DNA from: an uncultured Gemmatimonadales bacterium
GTDB lineage: Bacteria; Gemmatimonadota; Gemmatimonadetes; Gemmatimonadales; Gemmatimonadaceae
Assembly: GCA_963851265.1 (NCBI GenBank)
Contig: CAWKNZ010000002.1
Coordinates: 704,001-768,000 of the forward strand
Direction of reading: 5' to 3'
Length of the DNA stretch: 64,000 nt
Every line of letters begins with the position of its first letter. The stretch's first letter is position 1. Below, piece after piece: positions 9,722-19,355 of this stretch. Both the position numbers and the translations under genes were made by a program. The notes beneath the pieces were generated by a model. It was given only the letters and a program-made list of their open reading frames with translations, did not search any database and was not told the DNA's origin.

Positions 9722-12700
9722 GTGAGGCAACTTCGTACGCTGCTGCCAGCGGCAGCGGCCACGGTGGCCATGTCGGCCATCGCGTCGCAGGCGCAGGCGC
9801 AGCGCCGCGTGACGGGCATCATCACGGGCGAGGGCGGCGCGCCGCTGAGCGCCGCGAGTGTGCAGATCGTCGGGACGCAGACCGGCACGTACACGAACGA
9901 GGCCGGTCGGTTCGCCATCCAGGCCGGCGCCGGCACGCAGACGTTGCGCGTCCGTCGCATCGGGTTCCGGGCGCAGACGGTCACGGTCGGGCCCGGGCAG
10001 ACGGACGTCGGGACGATCAACCTGACGCGCGACGTGCTGCAGCTCGAGGCGCAGGTCGTGACGGGTACGGCGACGAGCGTCTCGCGGGCGAACGCCGCGA
10101 ATGCGGTCGCGCAGGTCACGGCGACCGAACTGAACCGCGCGCCTGCGCAGACGGTCGACAACGCGCTCCAGGGGAAGGTCGCCGGCGCGATCATCAGCAC
10201 CAACTCGGGCGCGCCCGGCGGCGGCACGCAGGTGCAGCTCCGCGGCGTGACGTCGGTCAACGCGAGCGCGAGCCCACTGTACGTGGTGGACGGGGTGCTC
10301 ATCAGCAACCAGTCGTTCGGCAACGGCTTGAACTCGTTGACCTCGGCGGGCGCGGGCATCACGACTAGCCAGGACCAGCAGGTCAACCGCGTCGCGGACC
10401 TCAACCCCGAGGACATCGAAAGCATCGAGGTGCTCAAGGGGCCGTCGGCGGGCGCGATCTACGGGTCGAAGGCGTCGAACGGCGTCATCGTGATCCGCAC
10501 GAAGCGCGGCTCCGGGACTCGGCCGCAGTGGAACCTCTCGCAGCGCCTCGGCAACTATTCCCTGCAGGGGAATCGGAAGCTCAACATGCGCTGCTTCCAC
10601 TCGATCGCCGAGATCAACGGCTATCTGGACAATTATTCGTCGGGGACCGCGGCCGATTACGGCATCACGTCGGACAACGGCATCCCCTGCTACGACTACC
10701 AGAACGAGTTCTACGACGGGAACGGCAGTGGCCCGTCGTACCAGTCGAACGTCGCCCTGAGCGGCGGGACGGCCGGCGGGACGACGTACCGCATCGCCGG
10801 CTTCGGCCAGCGCGACAACGGCATCCAGCGGGGCACGTACTACAACAAGCAGTCGCTGTCGGCCAACGTCGGCCAGACGGTCGGCAAGCGCCTCACGTTG
10901 CAGTCGAACAACGAGTTCCTGCACACGCTCACCGACCGCGGGCTCTCGGGCAACGACAACACGCCCGTAGTTTCGCCGGTGTCGGTGTTCTCGAACACGC
11001 CGCAGTTCTACAACCTGATGGCGAAGAACCCGGCCGGGCAGTACGTGTCCAACCCGTTCCTCGACGGCGCCGGGAGCACCAACCCGTTCCAGAACGCGCA
11101 GATCGTGAAGACGCCGCAGGACGTCTTCCGCTACATCGGCAGCGTCAACGCGACGTACAACGCGTACGCCGGCGAGCGCCAGACGTTCGACATTTCGGTG
11201 CTCGGCGGGCTGGACATCTTCAACCAGAACAACAAGCTGAACTCGCCGCCCGAGGCGTACTTCGAGCCGGCCGACGGCTTCCCGGGCACGATCGTCAACA
11301 CGAACGTCACGAGCCAGTACGCGAACCTGAACGTGACGGGCGTGCACCGCTACACGGTCAAGCCATTCACGGCGACGACGTCGTTCGGTCTCCGGCACGA
11401 GTACCGGAACAGCGACGCGGCATTCGACCAGGGCCGGACGATTCCGTCGGGCGCGCAGAACATCGGTCTCGCGGCGTTCCAGTCGCTCACCGAACAGCGC
11501 TTCCGCGTGTTCGACACGGGCGTGTTCGCGCAGGAAGAGTTCCTCACGCTGAACGAGCGTCTGCTGCTGACGGGCGCGATCAACGCCGAGCGGTCGACGG
11601 TGAACGGCGCCTCGAATCACTTCTACGCCTTCCCGAAGGCGGCGGCGTCGTACCGCGTGCCGATCACGCTGCCGAAGACGGACGAGTTCAAGCTGCGCTT
11701 CGCGTACGGCAAGGCGGGCAACCAGCCCTCGTTCGGCCTCGCGTACACGGCCCTCCCGGTCAGCCTCTACGGCGGGACGCAGGGCGCGCAGATCTCGACG
11801 TTCGCCGGGAACAACGCGATCCGCCCGGAGATCTCGACCGAGATCGAGGGTGGAATCGACTGGAACCTCTTCCGCGGCCGCCTCGGGCTCGAGGCGACGC
11901 TGTTCCGCGACAACGTCAAGGACCTCGTGTTGAACGCGAACACGGCGTTCTCGACCGGGTTCGCGCAGCAGGCGGTCAACGCGGGCGCATTCTACAAGAC
12001 CGGAACCGAGCTCTCGCTGAACGCGACGCCGGTGCAGTTGAAGCACTTCACCTGGATCTCGCGCACGACGTTCGCGACGGTGAACAGCCGCGTGACGAGT
12101 CTGCAGGCGAATCTGCCGACCGGCACGATCAACCTGCCCTGCCAGAACGTGGGCGCGTACTTCTCGGCCCGCTACGGCGCGCCGTGGCTGTGCAAGGGGA
12201 ACTCGATCACCACGGTCCAGGCGCAGTACGGGTGGGACAGCACGTTCTCGTCGACCGGCGCGTTCGTCAGCCGGGCGGCGCACTACAACTACTACGAGAG
12301 CCTGCCGCGCTTCAACATGGGCTTCTCGAACGACTTCAACGTCGGCCCGGTCCGGCTCTCCGGCCTCGTCGACTGGCGGAAGGGCGGCAAGGTCGCCAAC
12401 CTGACGAACAACTATTTCGACGGGACGAACCTCTTCGCCGACACGATCGCGTCGCAGACGCGGCTTTCGCAGTTCAGCACCCTGCGCCGCCCCGTGTACC
12501 TCGAGAACGGGACGTTCGTGAAGCTGCGCGAGATCAACGCCTCGTACGCGCTGCCGACGCAGTTCGTACACCGCTACCTCGGCGGGCGCGCGGACGCGCT
12601 CCGCGTCGAGTTCTCGGGCCGCAATCTCTACACCTGGTCGAAGTACACGGGGTACGATCCCGAGGTCTCGAACTTCGGGAACCAGAACCTCGGCCGCTTC

Positions 12701-12763
12701 CAGGACGTCACGCCCTACCCGCCGAGCCGTAGCTACTTCTTCTCGGTCAGCGCGAACTTCTGA
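9722..12763 (+). CDS. SusC/RagA-family TonB-dependent outer-membrane transporter
   Basis: AGGAGG RBS then GTG 9722; signal peptide and carboxypeptidase-regulatory-like domain; plug motifs LQGKVAGA, PLYVVDGV, DLNPEDIESIEVLKGPSAGAIYGSKASNGVIVI; YTGYDPEV; C-terminal F. Confidence 0.95.
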   Translation: MRQLRTLLPAAAATVAMSAIASQAQAQRRVTGIITGEGGAPLSAASVQIVGTQTGTYTNEAGRFAIQAGAGTQTLRVRRIGFRAQTVTVGPGQTDVGTINLTRDVLQLEAQVVTGTATSVSRANAANAVAQVTATELNRAPAQTVDNALQGKVAGAIISTNSGAPGGGTQVQLRGVTSVNASASPLYVVDGVLISNQSFGNGLNSLTSAGAGITTSQDQQVNRVADLNPEDIESIEVLKGPSAGAIYGSKASNGVIVIRTKRGSGTRPQWNLSQRLGNYSLQGNRKLNMRCFHSIAEINGYLDNYSSGTAADYGITSDNGIPCYDYQNEFYDGNGSGPSYQSNVALSGGTAGGTTYRIAGFGQRDNGIQRGTYYNKQSLSANVGQTVGKRLTLQSNNEFLHTLTDRGLSGNDNTPVVSPVSVFSNTPQFYNLMAKNPAGQYVSNPFLDGAGSTNPFQNAQIVKTPQDVFRYIGSVNATYNAYAGERQTFDISVLGGLDIFNQNNKLNSPPEAYFEPADGFPGTIVNTNVTSQYANLNVTGVHRYTVKPFTATTSFGLRHEYRNSDAAFDQGRTIPSGAQNIGLAAFQSLTEQRFRVFDTGVFAQEEFLTLNERLLLTGAINAERSTVNGASNHFYAFPKAAASYRVPITLPKTDEFKLRFAYGKAGNQPSFGLAYTALPVSLYGGTQGAQISTFAGNNAIRPEISTEIEGGIDWNLFRGRLGLEATLFRDNVKDLVLNANTAFSTGFAQQAVNAGAFYKTGTELSLNATPVQLKHFTWISRTTFATVNSRVTSLQANLPTGTINLPCQNVGAYFSARYGAPWLCKGNSITTVQAQYGWDSTFSSTGAFVSRAAHYNYYESLPRFNMGFSNDFNVGPVRLSGLVDWRKGGKVANLTNNYFDGTNLFADTIASQTRLSQFSTLRRPVYLENGTFVKLREINASYALPTQFVHRYLGGRADALRVEFSGRNLYTWSKYTGYDPEVSNFGNQNLGRFQDVTPYPPSRSYFFSVSANF

Positions 12764-12781
12764 CCGCCTCAGACCATACCG

Positions 12782-14224
12782 ATGCGTAATCGTCTCTTCA
12801 GGTCTGCGACGCTGGCTACCGCCGGGACCGTCGCGCTCGCGGCGGGCTGCAAGGAGGCCACGTCCGTTCAGGACCTCAACAACCTGCCCGCGAACACGAT
12901 CGCGAGCGGCCTGACCCCGTCGACGTTCCAGCTGCTCACGACGGGCGTCATCAACTCCGATCGCGCGAACGTCGGGTTTCGATTCATCGTCTTCTCCGAA
13001 ACGATGGCGCGCGACGTCTACAACCTCGACCCGTCGGAATCTCGGTTCATCACCGAGCTGCTCGGCCCGCAGGGAATCGATCCGAGCGCGTTTTCCGGCG
13101 GCAGCGCGTTCCTCGGCTTCTACAACACGATCGCGACGATCAACACCGTCCTCGGCGGGCTGGCGGGACTCGGAACCAACTACGGTTTCACGAGCCAGCA
13201 GATCAGCGCGTCGACCGGGTTCCTGCAGACGTACAAGGCGCTCGAGCTGTACCACGTGTTCGAGACGCGCGGGCCGAACGGTCTTCCGGCGGACGCGGCG
13301 ACCTCGGTGAACGGCACGTTGTCGCCGCTGCTCTGCCAGACGAGTGCGCTGGCGCGCATCTCGGCGCTGCTCGACAGCGGGTACACCAACTTGCAGAACG
13401 GCGGAACGTCGTTCCCGTTCACGCTCCCGGGCGGGTTCACGAGCAACGGCAACTTCGCGACACCCGCCGGGTTCGCGAAATTCAACCGCGGCCTGAAGGC
13501 GAAGGCCGAGTTGTACCGCGGCGTCATCGCGCAGAACGGCAATCCGGCGAGCCCGGCGGGCGCGGCGAACTTCACGGCGGCGCTCGCGGCGTTGCAGTCG
13601 TCGTTCATCAATCCGACGGGCGACCTGACGACCGGCGTGTACTATCAGTACGTGGTGGCGCCGAACGAGCAGGTGAACCCGATCGCCGCGCCGACGGTCT
13701 ACCTCAACCAGGCGGTCGGCGACAGCATCCAGCCGGGCGACCTGCGCGCCGCGGAGATCACGAAGCTCTCGAAGCCGCGCACGCTCAACCGGGTGACGAC
13801 GAATTACACGTCGCCGCTCTCGTCCCCGTCCAACCAGACGGGCCCGATCCCGATCCTGCGGAACGCGGAGCTCGTGCTGGTGCGCGCGCAGGCCGAGATC
13901 GGACTCGGGCAGCTCGCGGCCGCGACGTCGGACATCAACGCCGTGCGCACCGTCGAGGGCGGCCCGGCCCTGGCCGCCTACTCGCCGTTCACGAGCGCCG
14001 GTGCGGCGCTCAACGCCGACCTGTACGAGAAGCGGTACTCGCTGCTCCTCACGGGCGCGCAACGGCTGGTGGACCTGCGCTCGTACAACCTGCTGAACGC
14101 GACCAACGGCCTGCACAAGGTCGAGATCACCCTCCCGGCGCCGGATCAGTTCAATACCGCGCTGCCGATCCCGAAGCAGGAAACGGACGCGCGCGGCGGG
14201 AACGTCTCGCTCACGTGCAGCTGA
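12782..14224 (+). CDS. SusD/RagB-family nutrient-binding lipoprotein
   Basis: Lipobox LAAGC; PILRNAELVLVRAQAE, INAVR, LYEKRYSL...QRLVDLR, LPIP..E; directly after SusC. Confidence 0.9.
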   Translation: MRNRLFRSATLATAGTVALAAGCKEATSVQDLNNLPANTIASGLTPSTFQLLTTGVINSDRANVGFRFIVFSETMARDVYNLDPSESRFITELLGPQGIDPSAFSGGSAFLGFYNTIATINTVLGGLAGLGTNYGFTSQQISASTGFLQTYKALELYHVFETRGPNGLPADAATSVNGTLSPLLCQTSALARISALLDSGYTNLQNGGTSFPFTLPGGFTSNGNFATPAGFAKFNRGLKAKAELYRGVIAQNGNPASPAGAANFTAALAALQSSFINPTGDLTTGVYYQYVVAPNEQVNPIAAPTVYLNQAVGDSIQPGDLRAAEITKLSKPRTLNRVTTNYTSPLSSPSNQTGPIPILRNAELVLVRAQAEIGLGQLAAATSDINAVRTVEGGPALAAYSPFTSAGAALNADLYEKRYSLLLTGAQRLVDLRSYNLLNATNGLHKVEITLPAPDQFNTALPIPKQETDARGGNVSLTCS

Positions 14225-14246
14225 CCTGAGCGGCGATCTGTCGTAG

Positions 14247-14282
14247 CGGAGGGCCCGGGCGCAATCGCGTCCGGGCCCTCCG
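14247..14282 (+). terminator. GC-rich stem-loop after susD
   Basis: CGGAGGGCCCGGGCGC-AATC-GCGTCCGGGCCCTCCG; no U-tract. Confidence 0.5.
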
Positions 14283-14380
14283 TGCGTTCGCCCTTGCGCG
14301 TCCGCGGTCCTCGTCGCATCGTCGCGTGGTCGGCGCAACGGTGTTGCGTACCGTCTCCGCGCGCAGCAGGAGGGAAGCGA

Positions 14381-15613
14381 ATGCAGCTCGTGTCGAGGGC
14401 GCTTCGGTGCGCGCGACGAACCACGCCCGCGATCGCGGCCGGCGTCGCGAGCACGGCCGGGCGGATGCTGGTCGCCGCGGCGCTCGCAATGTGCGGACTC
14501 GGCAGCGCGTCCGCCCGCGCACAGGCACCGAGTACCGTCCCGGACGCGCGTCACACGGTGATCGGGAGCGTCCGCGCGGCCGACGAAAGCCGGCTCGTTG
14601 GCGCGCACGTGCAGCTCAACCGCCCGGGCCGAACCGGCGCGCCTGCGATCGTCGTGATCACCGAGGCGGACGGCGTGTTCCGCTTCGAGCACGTTCCGGA
14701 AGGCTCGGCCGCGCTCGTCGTCCGGCGCCTCGGTTTTCGCCCCGAAACTCTCAGCGTCGAGGTCCCGCAGCTCGAAGGCGGTCCGGTGGTCGTGGCGCTC
14801 GAACGCGTGGCCCAGCAGATCGCTCCGGTGACGGTCCGCGGGACCCGGCATGCGGCGCGCCTCGCGTCGGCGTTCGAACGCCGGCGTGCGAGCGGGCTCG
14901 GGCGGTACATCACGCGCGAGGAGATCGAGCGCCGGAACCCCCAGCGCACGACCGATCTCCTCCGCGACCTGGCCGGCGTGACCGTGACCGGGTCAGGACC
15001 GCGCTTCCGGGGCGCGGGAAGCGCGTCGTGCAGCCCGGTCTATTTTCTCGACGGGATGCCGGTCGGCGCCGGGACGCTCGACCTCGACGCGATCAGCCCG
15101 AAGTCGATCGAGGCGATCGAGGTCTACAGCGGCGCCGCGACGGTGCCGGCGGCGCTGCGTACCGCGATGTCGCCCGGGGGGTGCGGCGCGGTCGTCCTCT
15201 GGAGCCGGCAGGGGAGCACACCCCGCGATCTGTTAGGCGCGGTCGGTGCGGTCGACTCGCTGGAGGACATCGTCTCGCGTGGCCTCGCGTACACGGCGGA
15301 TCAGGTCGAACTCGCGGCGGCTCCGCTTCCCGGGCTCGGCCCAGTTCCGGCGTACCCCGACTCGCTGCTCGCGGCGGGCGCGCGGGGGCGCGTGGTGGCC
15401 GAGTTCATCGTCGACGGGCAGGGACACGTCGACGCCGAAACGGTCGGCATCGTATCGAGTTCACACCCCCTATTCGCCGAGGCCGTGCGTGCGGCCGTGA
15501 TCGACGCCCGGTTCTCGCCCGCGTATCGGGAGGGGCACGTCGTGCGGCAGGTAGTGCACCTGCCGGTCGACTTCGACCCGCGCGGTCCGACCGCGGCACC
15601 CGCGCCTCGCTGA
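14381..15613 (+). CDS. Exported fusion protein: carboxypeptidase-regulatory-like domain + TonB-receptor plug-like domain + TonB C-terminal domain
   Basis: GGAGG before ATG 14381; TEADGVFRF/VRRLGFRP; YITREEIE...YFLDG...IEAIEVYSG...CGAVVLWS; YPDSL...GRVVAEFIVD...F.PA...V...V.LPVDF. Confidence 0.75.
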   Translation: MQLVSRALRCARRTTPAIAAGVASTAGRMLVAAALAMCGLGSASARAQAPSTVPDARHTVIGSVRAADESRLVGAHVQLNRPGRTGAPAIVVITEADGVFRFEHVPEGSAALVVRRLGFRPETLSVEVPQLEGGPVVVALERVAQQIAPVTVRGTRHAARLASAFERRRASGLGRYITREEIERRNPQRTTDLLRDLAGVTVTGSGPRFRGAGSASCSPVYFLDGMPVGAGTLDLDAISPKSIEAIEVYSGAATVPAALRTAMSPGGCGAVVLWSRQGSTPRDLLGAVGAVDSLEDIVSRGLAYTADQVELAAAPLPGLGPVPAYPDSLLAAGARGRVVAEFIVDGQGHVDAETVGIVSSSHPLFAEAVRAAVIDARFSPAYREGHVVRQVVHLPVDFDPRGPTAAPAPR

Positions 15614-15647
15614 GACGCCGCCTTAGACCGGACGACGCCTGGCACGA

Positions 15648-15684
15648 ACGCGGGGGTCGGGCGACGATCGCCCGGCCCCCGCGT
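15648..15684. terminator. Stem-loop between convergent genes
   Basis: ACGCGGGGGTCGGGCGA-CGA-TCGCCCGGCCCCCGCGT. Confidence 0.6.
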
Positions 15685-15715
15685 CCACCCGCACGTCGTT
15701 AGGCGACCGCGCCGC

Positions 15716-17218
15716 TCAGAGCAGCATGAGCGGGTTCTCGATCAGCCGGCGGAGCGTCTGGAGGAACTTCGCTCCCAGCGCGCCGTCGATGATGCGGTGA
15801 TCGCAGCTCATCGTCACCCGCATCCGTTTGCGCACCACGATCGCGCCATCCTCGACCACCGCCTTGTCCTCGGCGGCGCCCACGGCCAGAATGCCGGCTT
15901 CCGGCGGGTTGATGATTGCCGTGAACTGATCGATGCCGAACATCCCGAGGTTCGACACCGAGAACGTCGAGCCGGTGAATTCCTCGGGCCGGAGCTTGCG
16001 GTCCCGCGCGCGGGCCGCCATCTCGCGCGCCTCGCGCCCGATCTGCGCGAGCCGCTTGTTCTGCGCGTCGCGGATGACCGGTGTGATCAGTCCCTCGTCG
16101 ATCGCGACCGCCATGCCGAGGTGGACGGTGTCGAAGTAGCGGATGCCGTCGCCGAGCCAGTGCGCGTTGACCTCGGGGTGCATCGAGAGTGCGACGGCCG
16201 TGGCCTTCAGCACGACGTCGTTCACCGACGCCTTGTACTCGTTGCCCATCGCCGCGAGTTGGGCGCGCAGCTCCATGACCTTGCCGATGTCGAACTCGGC
16301 GGTCAGGTAGAACGTCGGCACCGGACCGATGGACTCGGCCAGGCGCCGCGCGATCGTCCGGCGGATGGACGTCAGCGGCACGTCGCGGTAGCCGGCGCCG
16401 GCGGGCGCGGCTACCGGCGCGGGGGCGGCCGCCGGCGTGGCCGTGGGTGGGGTTGCCGTGGCCTGCGTGCTCGCGGCGGGCGGCGCCTTGGGCGGCGCGC
16501 TCGCTGCGGCCTCGACGTCGCGGCGGATCACGCGGCCGTTCGGCCCGGAGCCGCGCACCTGATCGATCTCGAGCCCGCGCTCGCTCGCCATGCGGCGCGC
16601 GAGCGGAGAGGCGAGGACGCGGCCGCCATTGTCGTCGGCGTGGCGCGCCTGTTCGCTCGCATGGTCGCCCGTGGCGGGCATCGCGGTGCGCGGCGCGAAC
16701 GCCGACGGTGCGTCGACCTTTTCCTGTGGAGGCACCGACGCTTCGCCCTGCTGCTGGTCGGGCGACTGCGGGATGCTCGACGTGCCGGCCTGCTCGCGCG
16801 CGCCGGCCGGGTCGGCGAAGACCTGCTCGGGCGCGACGTGCGTCGTCGCAGCCGCGGACCGCATACTGTCGGGCGCGAGTTGCACGGCGCCGCCGGGCGC
16901 GGGTGCTTCTTCCGCTCGCGCGCCCGCCGGCGCGGCCCGCGCCGGCGCGCCGCCGCCCGTGAGCGCCGACACGTCCTCGTCGGCCCCGCCGATGACGGCG
17001 ATCGTCTGCCCGACTGGCGCCGCCGTGTCTTCGGGAATCAGGCGCGCGCGGAGCACGCCGTCGCCGCGCGCGACGAGCTCCATGATCGCCTTGTCGGTCT
17101 CGACCTCGGCGAGCGTGTCGCCGGCCTTGACCGCGTCGCCCTCGTTCTTGAGCCACTTGACGAGGCGCCCCTCCTCCATCGTCGGGGAGAGCGCCTCCAT
17201 CATCACTTTCGTCGCCAT
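15716..17218 (-). CDS. pdhC: Pyruvate dehydrogenase E2 dihydrolipoamide acetyltransferase
   Basis: ATG 17218 (MATKVMMEALSPTMEEG); lipoyl motif EVETDKA; E3-binding ASPLARR; catalytic DHRIIDG. Confidence 0.95.
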   Translation of the reverse strand: MATKVMMEALSPTMEEGRLVKWLKNEGDAVKAGDTLAEVETDKAIMELVARGDGVLRARLIPEDTAAPVGQTIAVIGGADEDVSALTGGGAPARAAPAGARAEEAPAPGGAVQLAPDSMRSAAATTHVAPEQVFADPAGAREQAGTSSIPQSPDQQQGEASVPPQEKVDAPSAFAPRTAMPATGDHASEQARHADDNGGRVLASPLARRMASERGLEIDQVRGSGPNGRVIRRDVEAAASAPPKAPPAASTQATATPPTATPAAAPAPVAAPAGAGYRDVPLTSIRRTIARRLAESIGPVPTFYLTAEFDIGKVMELRAQLAAMGNEYKASVNDVVLKATAVALSMHPEVNAHWLGDGIRYFDTVHLGMAVAIDEGLITPVIRDAQNKRLAQIGREAREMAARARDRKLRPEEFTGSTFSVSNLGMFGIDQFTAIINPPEAGILAVGAAEDKAVVEDGAIVVRKRMRVTMSCDHRIIDGALGAKFLQTLRRLIENPLMLL

Positions 17219-17226
17219 GCCCGCCC

Positions 17227-18210
17227 TTATTGGTCGAGGTAGAGAACCTTCTTCACCGCCGCGATCGTCTTGGGGACGTCGGGCTTGGCGAGCTTCTCGA
17301 TCTGCTTCGCGTACGGCATCGGCACGTCGGCTTGGTGCACCCGGAGCACCGGGGCGTCGAGGTGGTCGAAGCAGTCGCGCTGCACGTAGTCGGCCACCTG
17401 CGCACCGACGCCGCAGAGTTCCCACCCCTCCTCGACGACGACGCAGCGGTTGGTCTTCCGCACGCTCGCGTAGATCGCCTCGGTGTCGATGGGGCGCACG
17501 GTCCGCAGGTCGACGACGTCGACGCGAACCCCCTCCTTCGCGAGCTGGTCGGCCGCCTGCATTGCGACGAGCGCCATCTTGCCGTGCGTGACGATCGTCG
17601 CGTGGTCGCCCTCGCGCTTGAGGTCGGCCTTCCCGATCGGGACGACGTACTCGCCGTCGGGCACCTCGCCCTTGGTGTTGTAGAGCATCTCGCCCTCGAG
17701 GAAGCACACCGGGTTGTCGTCGCGGATGGCGCTCTTGAGGAGCCCCTTCGCGTCGTACGGCGTGCCGGGCGCGACGACCTTGAGTCCCGGGATGTGGGCG
17801 AGCCAGCTCTCCCACGCCTGGCTGTGCTGCGCCGACAGCTGCAGGGCCGCACCGTTGGGCCCGCGGAACACGATCGGACAGGAGAACTGCCCGCCCGACA
17901 TGTAGAGCGTCTTGGCCGCGGAGTTGACGACCTGGTCGATGGCGAGCAGGGCGAAGTTCCACGTCATGAACTCGATGATCGGACGCAGGCCGACCATCGC
18001 CGCTCCCACGCCGAGGCCGGCGAAGCCGAGCTCCGTGATCGGCGTGTCGACGACGCGCATCTCGCCGAACTCCTGCAGCAGGCCCTTCGAGACCTTGTAC
18101 GCGCCGTTGTAGACGGCGACCTCCTCGCCCATGAGGAAGACGCGGTCGTCGCGGTGCATTTCTTCGCGGAGCGCCTGGTTGAGCGCGTCGCGGTACGTGA
18201 TGACTGGCAT
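17227..18210 (-). CDS. pdhB: Pyruvate dehydrogenase E1 beta subunit
   Basis: GEEVAVYNGAYKVS, DTPITELGF, EFMTWNF, VFRGPNG. Confidence 0.96.
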   Translation of the reverse strand: MPVITYRDALNQALREEMHRDDRVFLMGEEVAVYNGAYKVSKGLLQEFGEMRVVDTPITELGFAGLGVGAAMVGLRPIIEFMTWNFALLAIDQVVNSAAKTLYMSGGQFSCPIVFRGPNGAALQLSAQHSQAWESWLAHIPGLKVVAPGTPYDAKGLLKSAIRDDNPVCFLEGEMLYNTKGEVPDGEYVVPIGKADLKREGDHATIVTHGKMALVAMQAADQLAKEGVRVDVVDLRTVRPIDTEAIYASVRKTNRCVVVEEGWELCGVGAQVADYVQRDCFDHLDAPVLRVHQADVPMPYAKQIEKLAKPDVPKTIAAVKKVLYLDQ

Positions 18211-18225
18211 GAGCGGTCGCGGGGG

Positions 18226-19317
18226 TCAGCTCGTCGTGTCGACGAGCACGTCTTCGTAGAGCGTCTCGGGCGCGGGCTCGGGGCTCGCCTCGGCGAAGTC
18301 CCACGCGTCCTGCACCACCGCCTTCACCTCGTCGTCCATCGCCTGCACGCCCGCGTCGTCGATCTGCCCGCGTTCCTGCATCGCCGCGCGGAGCAGCGTG
18401 ATGGGGTCGCGCTGGAGGTACTCGTCGAGTTCCTGCTTGCTGCGGTACGTGCCGCTCACCGCGTCGCTCATGGAGTGGCCCATGAAGCGGTACGTGCGCA
18501 CCTCCAGCAGCGTGGGCGTCTGCTCGGCCCGCGCGCGGTCGATCGCCTCCTGCATCGCCTTCCGGACCGCGAACACGTCCTGCCCGTCGCACTGGCCGCG
18601 GGGCATGTTGTACGCCGCACCCCGCTCGTAGATGTCGTGGATCGCGGAGGCGCGCTCGAGCGCGGTGCCCATGCCGTAGCGGTTGTTCTCGATCACGTAG
18701 ACGGCCGGCAGCTTCCAGAGCCCCGCCATGTTGAGCGCCTCGTGGAACGCGCCGGTGTTCACGACGCTCTCGCCCATGAAGCAGACGCACACCTGGTCGC
18801 CGCCGCGGTACTTGATGGCGAACGCGACCCCGGTGCCTAACGGCACGTGCGCGCCGACGATGCCGTGCCCGCCGAGAAATCCGGTCTGGCGGTCGAAGAG
18901 GTGCATCGAGCCGCCCTTGCCGCGGACCACGCCGTCGGCGCGGCCGAACAGCTCGGCCATGATCGCGCGCGGCGAGATGCCGCGCGCGAGCGCCTGGCCG
19001 TGGTCGCGGTAGGTGGTGATGATGTAGTCGTCGGGGCGGAGCAGGCTCATCGCGCCGGTGCTCACCGCCTCCTGCCCGATGTAGAGGTGGCAGAACCCGC
19101 CGATGCGGCCAATCGCGTACGCCTCCGCCGTGCGCTCCTCGAATCGGCGCTGGAGGAGCATCGAGCGGAGCATCGCACGGTTGAGCTCCGCGTCGCCGGC
19201 CGGGTCGGCGGCCGCGGGGTCAGCAGGAGCGGGGTCGGCGGGCGTCGTCGCCGCCGGCGCGGGCGGCGCGTCCATCACGGCGGTCGCGCCGTTCGAGTCA
19301 GGCTTCTTCTTGGCCAT
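18226..19317 (-). CDS. pdhA: Pyruvate dehydrogenase E1 alpha subunit
   Basis: ATG 19317 (MAKKKP); GFCHLYIGQEA, GKGGSMH, ENNRYGMGT, RFMGHSMSD. Confidence 0.96.
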   Translation of the reverse strand: MAKKKPDSNGATAVMDAPPAPAATTPADPAPADPAAADPAGDAELNRAMLRSMLLQRRFEERTAEAYAIGRIGGFCHLYIGQEAVSTGAMSLLRPDDYIITTYRDHGQALARGISPRAIMAELFGRADGVVRGKGGSMHLFDRQTGFLGGHGIVGAHVPLGTGVAFAIKYRGGDQVCVCFMGESVVNTGAFHEALNMAGLWKLPAVYVIENNRYGMGTALERASAIHDIYERGAAYNMPRGQCDGQDVFAVRKAMQEAIDRARAEQTPTLLEVRTYRFMGHSMSDAVSGTYRSKQELDEYLQRDPITLLRAAMQERGQIDDAGVQAMDDEVKAVVQDAWDFAEASPEPAPETLYEDVLVDTTS

Positions 19318-19355
19318 GGTCAGGGGCGCGGATGTGGAAGGCGGGCGGTGCAGGG

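Noticed and set aside
9710..14851. 1713-aa minus-strand ORF and other long overlapping ORFs (e.g. 220-3540, 354-2573, 35409-38213, 46116-48266)
   Set aside because: Arg/Ala/Gly-rich shadow frames of real genes, expected in high-GC DNA where stop codons are scarce; no recognisable motifs.
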